In this document: positions 40,361-49,337 of the stretch, one piece after another
How positions within the stretch are numbered: the stretch's first letter is position 1
Layout: each line of letters opens with the position of its first letter
Assembly (NCBI GenBank): GCA_963804645.1
Contig: CAWDRG010000005.1
Span: 128,001 to 192,000 of the forward strand
Direction of reading: 5' to 3'
DNA from: an uncultured Bacillota bacterium
GTDB lineage: Bacteria; Sysuimicrobiota; Sysuimicrobiia; Sysuimicrobiales; Segetimicrobiaceae
DNA: 64,000 nucleotides
Made by a program: the position numbers and the translations under genes
The notes under the pieces: model-generated
What the model was told of the DNA's origin: nothing
What the model saw: the letters and a program-made list of their open reading frames with translations, nothing else
The model's database searches: none

Positions 40361-41490
40361 GCGCTCAGTCTCTCGACGAGGTACTGCGCGATCGCGGAGG
40401 ACCCGCCCGGGCCGCCCTGACGCTCCCGGCCCACGCGGCCGCGACGCTCGCGCTCCGCCGGGTCGCGCAGCAGCCGCGACGCTGCGGCGGCCCCCTCTTC
40501 CGGCGTCGCGGCGACCACGAGCGCCTCCCCGAGCAGCCGCTGCTGCTCGTCGAGAAAACGCGCCGTCACCTGCGGGCCGCGGCCGGGAAACGCGACGACG
40601 GGCTTGCCGAGACCGGCCGCCTGCTCGTGCGCCGCACCCGCCATGCCCAGCACGACCGTCGCGCGCGCGAGCGCGTCGGCAAACCGGTCGTCCGTCACGC
40701 GCACCTGAAGCCCGAGGTAGTCGAAGTGGTCGCCGTCCGTCCACCGTCCGCCCGAGGACTCGACGGACTCGCGGAGGCGGTCGCGCGGCAGATTGGGCGA
40801 CCAGGCGACCAGCACGCCGGGCCGCTCCGCGGTGCCGGCGTCGGCGCCCGCCGCCGCGCGGAGCAGCAGAAACAGATTCTCGAACGCCGCCGGCTTGCTG
40901 CCGGGCAAGAGCGTCAGGACCGGCCGGTCCGGAGAGATTCCAAACGTCTCGCCGGTGGGGTGGAGCGTGTCCATCAGCGTAAACCCGCGGTACTCCGCGG
41001 GGATCCCCTGGCGGCGCAGCGCGGCGGCGGTCTCCTCGTCTCGCGTGAACACCCGCGAGGCGGCCCGGCGGATCATCCACAGTTCGATCGCCGAGTGGGG
41101 ACCGACGTACTCCGACCGCGGCAGCGCGAGGTAGACGACCGGTCCTCCCGCCGCGGCGGCCATCCAGAGGCAGTACACGTCTCCGGCGGCCACGACCAGG
41201 GCCGCGCGGCCGCGTTGGGACCGCAGCGTGCGGCGCTGGGCGCCCCAAAACCGCAGCCACCCGCGCCGCAGATCCGCCCACAGCGCGGCGGGGCCGACCC
41301 GGGCGCCGAATCCGCCGCTGGGAAACTCGCGGCGCGGCTCGAGGAGCACGGTCCCTGCGGGATAGGCGTGCCCGAGGCCGACGAGCGGGTAGGCCAGCAC
41401 CTCGACCTGGCCGGGGGGCAGCGCGCGAATGACCTGCGCCACCTCGACGTCCTCCCCGTAGCCGTTGCTGACGACGAGCAGCTGTTTCAC
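40357..41490 (-). CDS. Lipid-A-disaccharide synthase-related protein (LpxB-like GT-B)
   Basis: LLVVSNGYGED, PLVGLGHAY, FPSGGF, AAGD, LLPGSK, GMAGAAHEQAAGLGKPVV, GPQ; resembles the cyanobacterial LpxB-related family. Confidence 0.75.
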   Translation of the reverse strand: MKQLLVVSNGYGEDVEVAQVIRALPPGQVEVLAYPLVGLGHAYPAGTVLLEPRREFPSGGFGARVGPAALWADLRRGWLRFWGAQRRTLRSQRGRAALVVAAGDVYCLWMAAAAGGPVVYLALPRSEYVGPHSAIELWMIRRAASRVFTRDEETAAALRRQGIPAEYRGFTLMDTLHPTGETFGISPDRPVLTLLPGSKPAAFENLFLLLRAAAGADAGTAERPGVLVAWSPNLPRDRLRESVESSGGRWTDGDHFDYLGLQVRVTDDRFADALARATVVLGMAGAAHEQAAGLGKPVVAFPGRGPQVTARFLDEQQRLLGEALVVAATPEEGAAAASRLLRDPAERERRGRVGRERQGGPGGSSAIAQYLVERLSA

Positions 41491-42761
41491 GCGAGCGCGG
41501 CGCGCCGGCCGGGGGCAACGCGCAGCCACGGCGCCATCTCCTCCAGCATGCGCTGGGCGACCCCGGGCGGGGTCGAGTAGAGGCCCCGCAGCGCGTCGCT
41601 CGTCTCGCGGAGACCGGCGGGGTCCGCCAGCAGGGCGAGCGCGCGGCGTGCCACCTCGGCGGGCACGACGTGGCCCACCATCTCGGGCACCACCTGGCGG
41701 CCGGCCTCACGGTTCGGCCAGGCGACCAGCTGGCCCCGGCGTGTGAACCGCCACGCCATCGCGGTCTTGATCGCGGTCCCGAGCCCCGGGACCCGGCTCA
41801 GCCACTCGCTCATCCCCTCGGAGCGGATTCTGCCGGGCCGATCGAGCGGCAGCACGACGAGCATCGGCACCCCGAGCACCGCGAGTTCCACGGTGTTCGT
41901 CCCCGGCAGCGTGAGCGCGAGATCGCACGCCGCCAGCGCACGCAGGCGCTCGTCCTGCACCACGTCGATCGCGAGGGCGTCCAGGCGGTCCCGATACGGC
42001 GCGAGCAGGCGCGCGAGCCCGTCCCGCGTGAGGAACGGCGAGGCGATCACCGAGAAGCGGATCTCCGGACGGGCGGCGCGCATGGCGGCCGCGGTCTCGA
42101 GCAGGAACGGCAGCATCCCCTGCACGATCCAACCACGGCTGCCCGGCAGGAGTGCCACGTGCACGCCGCCCCTCGGCGCGCGGGTGAGATCCCGAAACGA
42201 CGCGAGATGGTCCACGCGGAGGTCGCCGACCACGCGCAGCCGGTCCCGCGCGACGCGCGCGGACTCGAGCCGGTCCGCCAGCGCCTGTGACGGCACGAAG
42301 ATGCGCTCAAACCGGCGCGCGCGCTTCCGCACCAGCTCGGTCTCGACATACGCGGCCGCGGGGAACCCGAGGCGCCGCCCCAGTGTCGCCGTGTACCACA
42401 GGTCGCCGCCGAGGTGCAGCACGCAGCCGGGCCCCGCCACCGGGAGGCGCCGGAGGCCCGCCACGAGCGCCAGGCACGCGCGCGGCCCGAGCACCCGCGT
42501 AAACGGTCCGCGCCGGCGCGCGTACGCGACCTCCTGCCCGCTCGCGAACTGGCACGGCGGGAGGATCAGCGACACGGCGAGCGGTGTGTCGCGGGACGCG
42601 GCCCACGCCGCGGCGGCCTCGGCCATGGGTACGGCCCAATTCGAGACCTCCCCCGGTCCGCTGGACACCAGCACCAGTTCGGCGGGGACGGAGGGACGGT
42701 CGCGGCCGGGACCGGCGGGATACGGGTCCGGCGCGGCGGAGGAACCACGGGGCGCCATCAC
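41487..42761 (-). CDS. LpxB-like lipid-A-disaccharide synthase
   Basis: SSGPGEVSNW, PCQFASGQE, HLGGD, LLPGSR, PGTNTVELAVLGVPM, AWPNREAGRQVVPEM. Confidence 0.7.
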   Translation of the reverse strand: MMAPRGSSAAPDPYPAGPGRDRPSVPAELVLVSSGPGEVSNWAVPMAEAAAAWAASRDTPLAVSLILPPCQFASGQEVAYARRRGPFTRVLGPRACLALVAGLRRLPVAGPGCVLHLGGDLWYTATLGRRLGFPAAAYVETELVRKRARRFERIFVPSQALADRLESARVARDRLRVVGDLRVDHLASFRDLTRAPRGGVHVALLPGSRGWIVQGMLPFLLETAAAMRAARPEIRFSVIASPFLTRDGLARLLAPYRDRLDALAIDVVQDERLRALAACDLALTLPGTNTVELAVLGVPMLVVLPLDRPGRIRSEGMSEWLSRVPGLGTAIKTAMAWRFTRRGQLVAWPNREAGRQVVPEMVGHVVPAEVARRALALLADPAGLRETSDALRGLYSTPPGVAQRMLEEMAPWLRVAPGRRAALA

Positions 42762-42919
42762 GCTTGAAATTATACGCCACGCGTCGCGGCGCGGGCAAGG
42801 CGACGGCCGCGTCCGCGTGGGGCGCGGCTCGCGATGCGACGACGGGATGCACCCGCACGACGGGCCGCGCCCGATCGGCACGCCAGGAGTTCGCGCGCCC
42901 GGACCGAACTCTTAGGCGC

Positions 42920-43900
42920 GTGATCATTTCCCGCACTCCCTTGCGGATCAGCTTTGCCGGCGGCGGCTCGGATCTTCCCGCGTTCTACCGGCGCGAACCC
43001 GGCGCCGTCGTCGCCACGGCGATCAACAAGTACATCTACATCACCGTCAACAAGAAGTTTGACGACCGCGTCCGCGCGAGCTACTCGATCACCGAGATGG
43101 TCGACCGCGCCGACGACCTGCAGCACGAGCTGATCCGCGAGACGCTGCGCCTGGTCGGGATTAGCGGGGGGATCGAGATCACCTCGATCTCGGACATCCC
43201 CTCGGGCGGGACCGGCCTCGGCTCCAGCAGCGCCTACACGGTCGGGCTGCTGCACGCCCTGCACGCGTACACGGGCCGGCACGTCGGCGCGACGCGGCTG
43301 GCCGAGGAGGCGTGCGAGGTCGAGCTCGTGCGGTGCGCGAAGCCGATCGGCAAGCAGGATCAGTACATCGCGGCATACGGGGGGCTGCAGGACATCCGGT
43401 TCGACCCGGACGGCGTGTCCGTCGAGCCCGTGATCACGAGCCCCGAGTTCCGCACACGCCTGCAGGCGCATCTGCTGCTGCTCTACACGGGCCTCACCCG
43501 CAGCGCCGACGCGATCCTCCGAGCGCAGGGACTCGGCCTGAAAGAAGACACGTCGGTCCGCGCCGATACGGCGAAGATGCGCGATCTCGCCATCGACCTG
43601 CGCGCCGCCCTGCTCGAGCAGCGGCTCGACGCCGTCGGCGAGATCCTGCACGCCGGATGGACGCTGAAGCGCGGCCTCGCCCCCGGGATCACCTCCCCGG
43701 AGATCGACGCGTGGTATACGCGCGCGCGCAACGCCGGCGCGATCGGCGGCAAACTGCTGGGAGCGGGCGGAGGCGGGTTCTTGCTGCTGCTGGCGCCTCC
43801 GGAGCGCCACCCGGCGATCGCGCAGGCCCTGTCCCAGCTCCGGCCGATCTCGTTCCGGTTCGAGCCGCAGGGCAGCCGGATCATCTATGTCGAGGAGTAG
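42920..43900 (+). CDS. hddA: GHMP kinase, D-glycero-alpha-D-manno-heptose-7-phosphate kinase
   Basis: IISRTPLRISFAGGGSD, GTGLGSSS, GKQDQY, GGKLLGAGGGGF; adjacent to a gmhA-like gene. Confidence 0.85.
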   Translation: MIISRTPLRISFAGGGSDLPAFYRREPGAVVATAINKYIYITVNKKFDDRVRASYSITEMVDRADDLQHELIRETLRLVGISGGIEITSISDIPSGGTGLGSSSAYTVGLLHALHAYTGRHVGATRLAEEACEVELVRCAKPIGKQDQYIAAYGGLQDIRFDPDGVSVEPVITSPEFRTRLQAHLLLLYTGLTRSADAILRAQGLGLKEDTSVRADTAKMRDLAIDLRAALLEQRLDAVGEILHAGWTLKRGLAPGITSPEIDAWYTRARNAGAIGGKLLGAGGGGFLLLLAPPERHPAIAQALSQLRPISFRFEPQGSRIIYVEE

Positions 43901-43937
43901 ACGCATGACCGATATGTCGAGGAATAGACGCATGACC
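43886..43937 (+). repeat. Tandem 25-nt duplication (period 27) of the hddA stop / RBS / gmhA start
   Basis: TATGTCGAGGAGTAGACGCATGACC (43886-43910) versus TATGTCGAGGAATAGACGCATGACC (43913-43937); one mismatch. Confidence 0.9.
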
Positions 43938-44567
43938 AAAAGCAGCCCGGCGCGCCGGCGCACGCGCGCGTATCTCGCCCGGTTGCGGGCCTGCCTCGCG
44001 GCGGTCTCCGCCGACGAGATCGCGGCGGTCGCCGAGCGTCTGTGGGAGGTCGCGCGCGGGGGCGGGACGATCTTCGTGGCCGGAAACGGCGGCAGCGCCG
44101 CGACCGCGTCGCACCTGGCGCTGGACGTCGCCAAGAGCACGCTCGGACGCGCGCCGCGCCGCGGCGCACGCCGGATCCGCACCGCGACGCTGTCGGACCC
44201 CGCGACGCTGACCGCGTGGGCCAACGATCACGGGTACGAGGGCGTGTTCGCCGAGCAGATCACGGCGCTGGCCCGGCCCGAGGACGCGGTGCTGCTGCTT
44301 TCCGTCAGCGGCACCTCCCCGAACGTCGTCCGCGCCGCGCGCGCGGCGCGCGCCGCCGGCGCCCTCGTGATCGCGCTGATCGGCCGGCCCGGGCGCACGC
44401 TCCTCGAGCTGGCCGATCTCGCGGTCGTCGTCCCGAGCGACGAGTATGAGATCGTCGAGGACGTGCATCTGACGATCAATCACATCGTGACCGACTGCCT
44501 GCGGGCGGCGCTGCTCGCCGCGCCGGCGCGGCCCCGGGCGCGGCGGCGCAGCGTCCGGCGGGGCTAA
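43905..44567 (+). CDS. gmhA: Sedoheptulose-7-phosphate isomerase (SIS domain)
   Basis: AGNGGSAATASH, TAWANDHGYEGVF, SVSGTSPNV, VEDVH; two equivalent ATG starts (43905, 43932). Confidence 0.85.
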   Translation: MTDMSRNRRMTKSSPARRRTRAYLARLRACLAAVSADEIAAVAERLWEVARGGGTIFVAGNGGSAATASHLALDVAKSTLGRAPRRGARRIRTATLSDPATLTAWANDHGYEGVFAEQITALARPEDAVLLLSVSGTSPNVVRAARAARAAGALVIALIGRPGRTLLELADLAVVVPSDEYEIVEDVHLTINHIVTDCLRAALLAAPARPRARRRSVRRG

Positions 44568-44574
44568 GGCGGGC

Positions 44575-46299
44575 GTGTACATCCTCGGCATCAACGCGCA
44601 CCATGCCGGGGCGTCGGCCTGCCTGATCCGCGACGGCGAGCTGATCGCGGCCGCCGAGGAAGAGCGGTTTCTGCGGATCAAGTACTGGGCCGGATTTCCT
44701 CGGCGGGCCATCGAGTTCTGCCTCGCCGAGGCGGGCATCACCCCGTATGAGCTGGACCACGTCGGGATTTCGCGGAACCCCAACGCGAATCTGTTGAAGA
44801 AGGTCGTCTTCGCGCTGGCCCACCGTCCCAGCGCGTCGATGGTCCGCGCACGCCTCGCGAACGCGATGCAGGTGCGCAATCCCAAAGCGGCGCTGTGCGA
44901 GGCGTTCGAGCTGGATCCGACGCGGGTGCACGCGCGGTTCCACAACATCGAGCACCACCGGGCCCACATGGCCAGCGCGTTCTTCGTCTCCCCGTTCCCC
45001 GAGGCGGCGATCCTATCGGTCGACGGGATGGGCGACTTTGTCAGCACCATGTGGGGCGTCGGCCGCGACACCACGCTCGAGATCAGCGGCGAGATCAACT
45101 TCCCCCACTCCCTCGGGTTCGTCTACACCGCGGCGTCGCAGTGGCTCGGGTTCCCGAAGTACGGGGACGAGGGTAAAGTGATGGGCCTCGCGCCGTACGG
45201 GCGCCCCGAGTACCTCGACGCGTTCCGCAAGATCGTCCGCGTGCGGGCCGACGGCACGTTCGAGCTCGACCTCGACTACTTCGTCCACCACGCCGCGGGG
45301 GCGTCGATGACGTTCGACGAGGGCAGCCCCGAGATCGGCACGATGTACTCGGAGAAGTTCGTCGAGACGTTCGGGGAGGCGCGCGTGCCGGGCGCGCCGC
45401 TGACCGAGCAGCACCAGAACGTCGCCGCCTCGCTTCAGGCGATGCTCGAAGAGGCGGAGTTCGCGCTCGTCCGGCGGCTGCAGCGGGACACCGGGCAGTC
45501 CGCGCTGTGCATGGCGGGCGGCGTCGCGCTCAACAGCGCGTTCAACGGCAAGATCCTCCCGAGCACGCCGTTCACGGACATCTACATCCAGCCGGCCGCC
45601 AACGACGCCGGGACCGCGCTCGGCGTGTGCTACTACATCTACCACCACGTGCTCGGCCGCCCGCGGCGCTACGTGATGACCGCGGCCTACACCGGGCCGC
45701 GGTACCGCACCGACGAGATCGCGCAGGCGCTGGACCGCCGGGGACTCGCGTATCAACGACTCGACGGCGGCGCCCTCGCGCAGCGCGCCGCCCAGATCGT
45801 CGCCGGGGGCGACGTGCTCGGGTGGTTTCAGGGTCGGATGGAGTGGGGCCCCCGCGCGCTCGGGAACCGCAGCATCATCGCGGATCCCCGCCGCGCCGAC
45901 ATGAAAGACATTCTCAACGCGCGCATCAAGCACCGGGAGGCGTTCCGTCCGTTCGCGCCGTCGGTGCTGCTGGAGGCCGTCGGCGACTACTTCGACCAGA
46001 CGTATCCCGATCCGTTCATGGTGAAAGTCTACAACGTGCTCCCGGAGAAGCGCGCCGAGATTCCGGCCGTGACGCACGTCGACGGCACGGGACGGCTCCA
46101 AACCGTCGACCGTGACGCCAACCCCCGCTACTGGGCGCTGATCGCCGCGTTCCGAGACCTCACGGGGGTGCCGGTGGTGCTCAATACGTCGTTCAACGAC
46201 AACGAGCCGATCGTGTGCACGCCCGGCGATGCGATCGAGTGCTTCCTGCGGACGCGGATGGACGCGCTCGCCATCGACGACTTTCTCGTGCAGAAATAA
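44575..46299 (+). CDS. O-carbamoyltransferase (NodU/CmcH family)
   Basis: AAEEERF, EHHRAH, DEGKVMGLAPYG, GGVALN, GPRALGNRS, FRPFAPS, LNTSFN. Confidence 0.93.
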   Translation: MYILGINAHHAGASACLIRDGELIAAAEEERFLRIKYWAGFPRRAIEFCLAEAGITPYELDHVGISRNPNANLLKKVVFALAHRPSASMVRARLANAMQVRNPKAALCEAFELDPTRVHARFHNIEHHRAHMASAFFVSPFPEAAILSVDGMGDFVSTMWGVGRDTTLEISGEINFPHSLGFVYTAASQWLGFPKYGDEGKVMGLAPYGRPEYLDAFRKIVRVRADGTFELDLDYFVHHAAGASMTFDEGSPEIGTMYSEKFVETFGEARVPGAPLTEQHQNVAASLQAMLEEAEFALVRRLQRDTGQSALCMAGGVALNSAFNGKILPSTPFTDIYIQPAANDAGTALGVCYYIYHHVLGRPRRYVMTAAYTGPRYRTDEIAQALDRRGLAYQRLDGGALAQRAAQIVAGGDVLGWFQGRMEWGPRALGNRSIIADPRRADMKDILNARIKHREAFRPFAPSVLLEAVGDYFDQTYPDPFMVKVYNVLPEKRAEIPAVTHVDGTGRLQTVDRDANPRYWALIAAFRDLTGVPVVLNTSFNDNEPIVCTPGDAIECFLRTRMDALAIDDFLVQK

Positions 46300-47351
46300 T
46301 CACCGCCTCGGTGCCCGCCCTCCGCCTCGACCCGATCGGCCGATTCCCCGGACTTCGCGTCCTCGCCTGGGACGCCGGGATCCTGTATGCCGCGCGGGGC
46401 TATGCGGTCGTGCGCTGGGACCCGAGCCGCCTGACGTGGGAGCCGGTGGCCGCGTTCGACCCGGGCCTCGCGCGCCGGGCCGCCACCCTATCGCGGGTTG
46501 GGGACCGGCTGCTGCGGGGCGGCTGCCACGCCCTCACGCGCCTCGGCAACGACAGCTTCGCCGCGGTGTTTCCGAAGACGCTCGCGGTGCTGACGCCGCA
46601 GGACCGGCGGTTCCGGGGCACGTTTCGAATCCCGCGGGGCACCCGCCCGCTCGCCCTCGCGGCCGCCCTAGGCGGCTGGGCCTACTTCGGGGAGTATTTC
46701 GACAATCCCGACCGGGCGGCCGTACACGTGTACGGATCGCCCGACGGCGTCTCGTGGCACGTAGTGTACACGTTTCCGGCGGGGGCAGTCCGCCACGTGC
46801 ACAGCGTGACGTACGATCGGTACGCGCGGTGCCTCTGGGTCCTGACCGGCGACGACGGCGCCGAATGCCGCATCCTGCGCGCGAGCCTTGATTGGTCCGC
46901 CGTCGACGCCGTCGTGACCGGTGGGCAGCAGGCGCGCGCCGTCACCATCATCCCCCGCGAGGACGGGCTGTATTTCGCCACCGACACACCATTCGAGCAG
47001 AATTACGTCTACCGGCTGGACCGCGGGGGCCGCGTGACGCGGCTGGCGGCGATCGCCGCCTCGAGCTTCTGGAGCTGTCGGGTCAACCGTGCGCTCTTCG
47101 TGTCGACGGCGGTCGAGCCCAGCACCGTCAATACCGGCCGCGACGCGGTGCTCTACGGCAGTATCGACGGCACGGAATGGACCGCGCTCGTGCGCTGGGC
47201 ACGCGACGCCTGGCCCTCTCGCCTGTTTCAGTATGCGAATATCATCCTGCCCGCGGGCGACAACGACGGCGACGTGCTCGCGGCAAGCGGCCTCGCGGTG
47301 CGCCGCGAGGATCACGTCACGCATCTCTGGCGGGTGCGGACCGACGCGTAA
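46296..47351 (+). CDS. Hypothetical beta-propeller protein; start uncertain (ATA 46296 or GTG 46311)
   Basis: YFGEY, SPDGVSW, VRHVH, LWVLTGD, YFATD and SIDGTEW BNR/Asp-box-like motifs. Confidence 0.65.
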   Translation: MITASVPALRLDPIGRFPGLRVLAWDAGILYAARGYAVVRWDPSRLTWEPVAAFDPGLARRAATLSRVGDRLLRGGCHALTRLGNDSFAAVFPKTLAVLTPQDRRFRGTFRIPRGTRPLALAAALGGWAYFGEYFDNPDRAAVHVYGSPDGVSWHVVYTFPAGAVRHVHSVTYDRYARCLWVLTGDDGAECRILRASLDWSAVDAVVTGGQQARAVTIIPREDGLYFATDTPFEQNYVYRLDRGGRVTRLAAIAASSFWSCRVNRALFVSTAVEPSTVNTGRDAVLYGSIDGTEWTALVRWARDAWPSRLFQYANIILPAGDNDGDVLAASGLAVRREDHVTHLWRVRTDA

Positions 47352-47636
47352 CTGTTACGCGTGCACCCAGCGGAGTTGGACGTGATGTGACTGGAAAGGC
47401 CGTCTCTTCCGCAGCACCAAGAAGAGTGGACCACCGCGGCCGGCGTACGCACGACGACTGCTCGCGACGCGTGAGCGGCGATCGCATGGAGCACGCCGTC
47501 CCCGGCACCGCGCTCTGAATCCCGGCCGTTCACCCATCGCGCGGACGCGACTATCTTCGCACCAAGTTCCAGCGCACGCCGCTCTCCGACGCGGACGACC
47601 GAGTACATAAGGACCACGCGCCTAGGCCTCCTGTCC

Positions 47637-47682
47637 GAGGTCCGAAGGTCCACTTGTTGCACACTCCCGTGTTGCGTACGCT
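47637..47682 (+). promoter_or_regulatory. Duplicated promoter module, copy 1 (upstream box + TTGTTG-N17-TACGCT)
   Basis: GAGGTCCGAAGGTCCACTTGT (21 nt) and GTTGCGTACGCT (12 nt) are identical to copy 2, with the same spacing. Confidence 0.65.
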
Positions 47683-47846
47683 GTGCTCGTCGATTTGCGC
47701 ACGATGAAAATCGCCGAGGACAGGAGCAGCCAGTGACGACGCAGGCACCGCACGACGAGCAACTCGAAAGTTCGCAGGCAGACGAGAGGACTGGCACCGT
47801 ACACACTGACGCCCGCGGCATGGCTTCGTTCAGGGAGGGGACGCTG

Positions 47847-48023
47847 ATGCGCCGGGCGGGTCTCGCGTCCGTGATGATGATCGCGGTCTTCGCCGTGACG
47901 CTGTTCGGCGATCCCTCGTGGGGCCACCGCGCCGACGCCTTGTACTACGTGCCCGCACCGGGACCGTGTGCGCACGGGTGCGTGGTGCATCGCATCCAGC
48001 GCACGGGATTTGAGATTCCGTGA
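47847..48023 (+). CDS. Small putative secreted peptide (58 aa; 96 aa if started at in-frame GTG 47733)
   Basis: GGAGGGG RBS; MRRAGLASVMMIAVFAVTLFG hydrophobic leader, possible A-D-A cleavage, mature part containing CAHGC. Confidence 0.45.
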   Translation: MRRAGLASVMMIAVFAVTLFGDPSWGHRADALYYVPAPGPCAHGCVVHRIQRTGFEIP

Positions 48024-48087
48024 CGCCCGAGCTCGGGCGATCATCGGGCATTCATCATAAACGTGATAGACGGCGGGCGGGCCCCCG

Positions 48088-48978
48088 CTACCCGACGGGT
48101 ATCGGAACCAGCCAGAACGGCTGTGACCACGCCGCGGCCTGCGACGCGCCAGTACACTCAACCCGGACAAACCCCTCGTCCCCGGCCGGCGCGTACGCCG
48201 CGTCCGGGCCCGCCGCCTCGTAGCGCGTGACGTCCGCGGCGTCGAGGAAGCGGATCCGCCGCGCGTCGGTGGCACACGTCACGGCGCCGTCCCGCACCGC
48301 GAACTCCGCCACCGGCCCCGTCGACGCGTACAGCGCGAGGCCGCGGAGCGCACCGAGGAACGCGTCCGGCTCGAGCGACGCGGACTTGACCATCACCCAG
48401 CCCGTATCGAAATCCGCTGCTCGGTGCAGGTCGTCCGCGGCTGCGGCGCCCACCGGTGCTGCGGGGCCGCGGTGCCGCAGCACGGCCGTCCACCGCCGCA
48501 CGTCCTCGACGGTGCGGCTGTGGTGGTTGCTGATCTCGATGAGGTGGTACCCGCGCAGCCGCATCATCTCGGCGGCCGACCACCCCCCCGTCCACAGGTT
48601 GCCGGTCCACGACGGGTGGTGCAGCGACACGACGCCGCCGGCCCGGACCGTCGCGTCGATGCACGCTTGGGCCCCTCGCGCCCCGAGCGCGCCGGGGGCC
48701 CCGAGGCGCCCCATGTGCGGGCCGAGCGGTCTGAACGGGCGGGGAATCGTCGTCTCGACGCCGGGCAGCGCGAGAAACGTCCCGTCGTTGAGGTCGGCAC
48801 ATTCGGTCACGCGGTTGTGATCCGTGAAGACGACGACCGCGTACCCCTTGGCGCGGTAGCGCTCGAGAAGCGCCCGGGGCGCCCACTGCCCGTCGGACCG
48901 CGTCGTGTGACAGTGCAGTTGGGCCTTGCGATGGCTGCCGGCGACCGCGTACGGGTCGGTGATCCGAAACGGCGTCAC
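48088..48978 (-). CDS. PHP-domain metallohydrolase (CehA/McbA-like)
   Basis: KAQLHCHTTRSDG, FTDHN, GVETT, LHHP, AADDLH metal-binding motifs. Confidence 0.8.
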   Translation of the reverse strand: MTPFRITDPYAVAGSHRKAQLHCHTTRSDGQWAPRALLERYRAKGYAVVVFTDHNRVTECADLNDGTFLALPGVETTIPRPFRPLGPHMGRLGAPGALGARGAQACIDATVRAGGVVSLHHPSWTGNLWTGGWSAAEMMRLRGYHLIEISNHHSRTVEDVRRWTAVLRHRGPAAPVGAAAADDLHRAADFDTGWVMVKSASLEPDAFLGALRGLALYASTGPVAEFAVRDGAVTCATDARRIRFLDAADVTRYEAAGPDAAYAPAGDEGFVRVECTGASQAAAWSQPFWLVPIPVG

Positions 48979-49246
48979 CCGAGAAGGATTCGGGGGGCAC
49001 CCGCACCTCCCTGTCCGGGAACGCCGCCTCCGGCCACATTCGAGCCCGGGAGACCGAGCCGCCGGCATCGCCCGCCGACGCCCCCCTCCGCCGCCCGGTG
49101 CCAGCGCGCCAGCGCCCACGCACGGAGGGCCGCGGACGCGTCCGAACGCCCCGCTCCGGCCCGGTCGGGGCTGCTCCCGGCTCCCGACCCCAGACCCTCT
49201 CGAACGGTCTAGGCCTAATGGACGGTGGGCATGAGCAGAGTAGGGT

Positions 49247-49292
49247 GAGGTCCGAAGGTCCACTTGTCGCGGACCCACAGGTTGCGTACGCT
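49247..49292 (+). promoter_or_regulatory. Duplicated promoter module, copy 2 (upstream box + TTGTCG-N17-TACGCT)
   Basis: Same two conserved blocks as 47637-47682, offset by 1610 nt. Confidence 0.65.
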
Positions 49293-49337
49293 CGATCCAG
49301 AGACCGACATACACTGCCGCCGCGGGGGAGACGCGCC

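Noticed and set aside
37664..41710. 1348-aa ORF suggesting a giant GT-epimerase fusion
   Set aside because: It is a frame read-through: shadow sequence over the LpxB-related gene, the N-half of the frameshifted ArnT-like gene, a nonsense Arg-rich stretch and then the epimerase.
47637..49292. CRISPR repeats or a c-di-GMP riboswitch as an explanation of the duplicated motif
   Set aside because: Only two copies 1.6 kb apart with no spacer array or cas genes, and the c-di-GMP-I/II signature sequences are absent; promoter geometry fits better.
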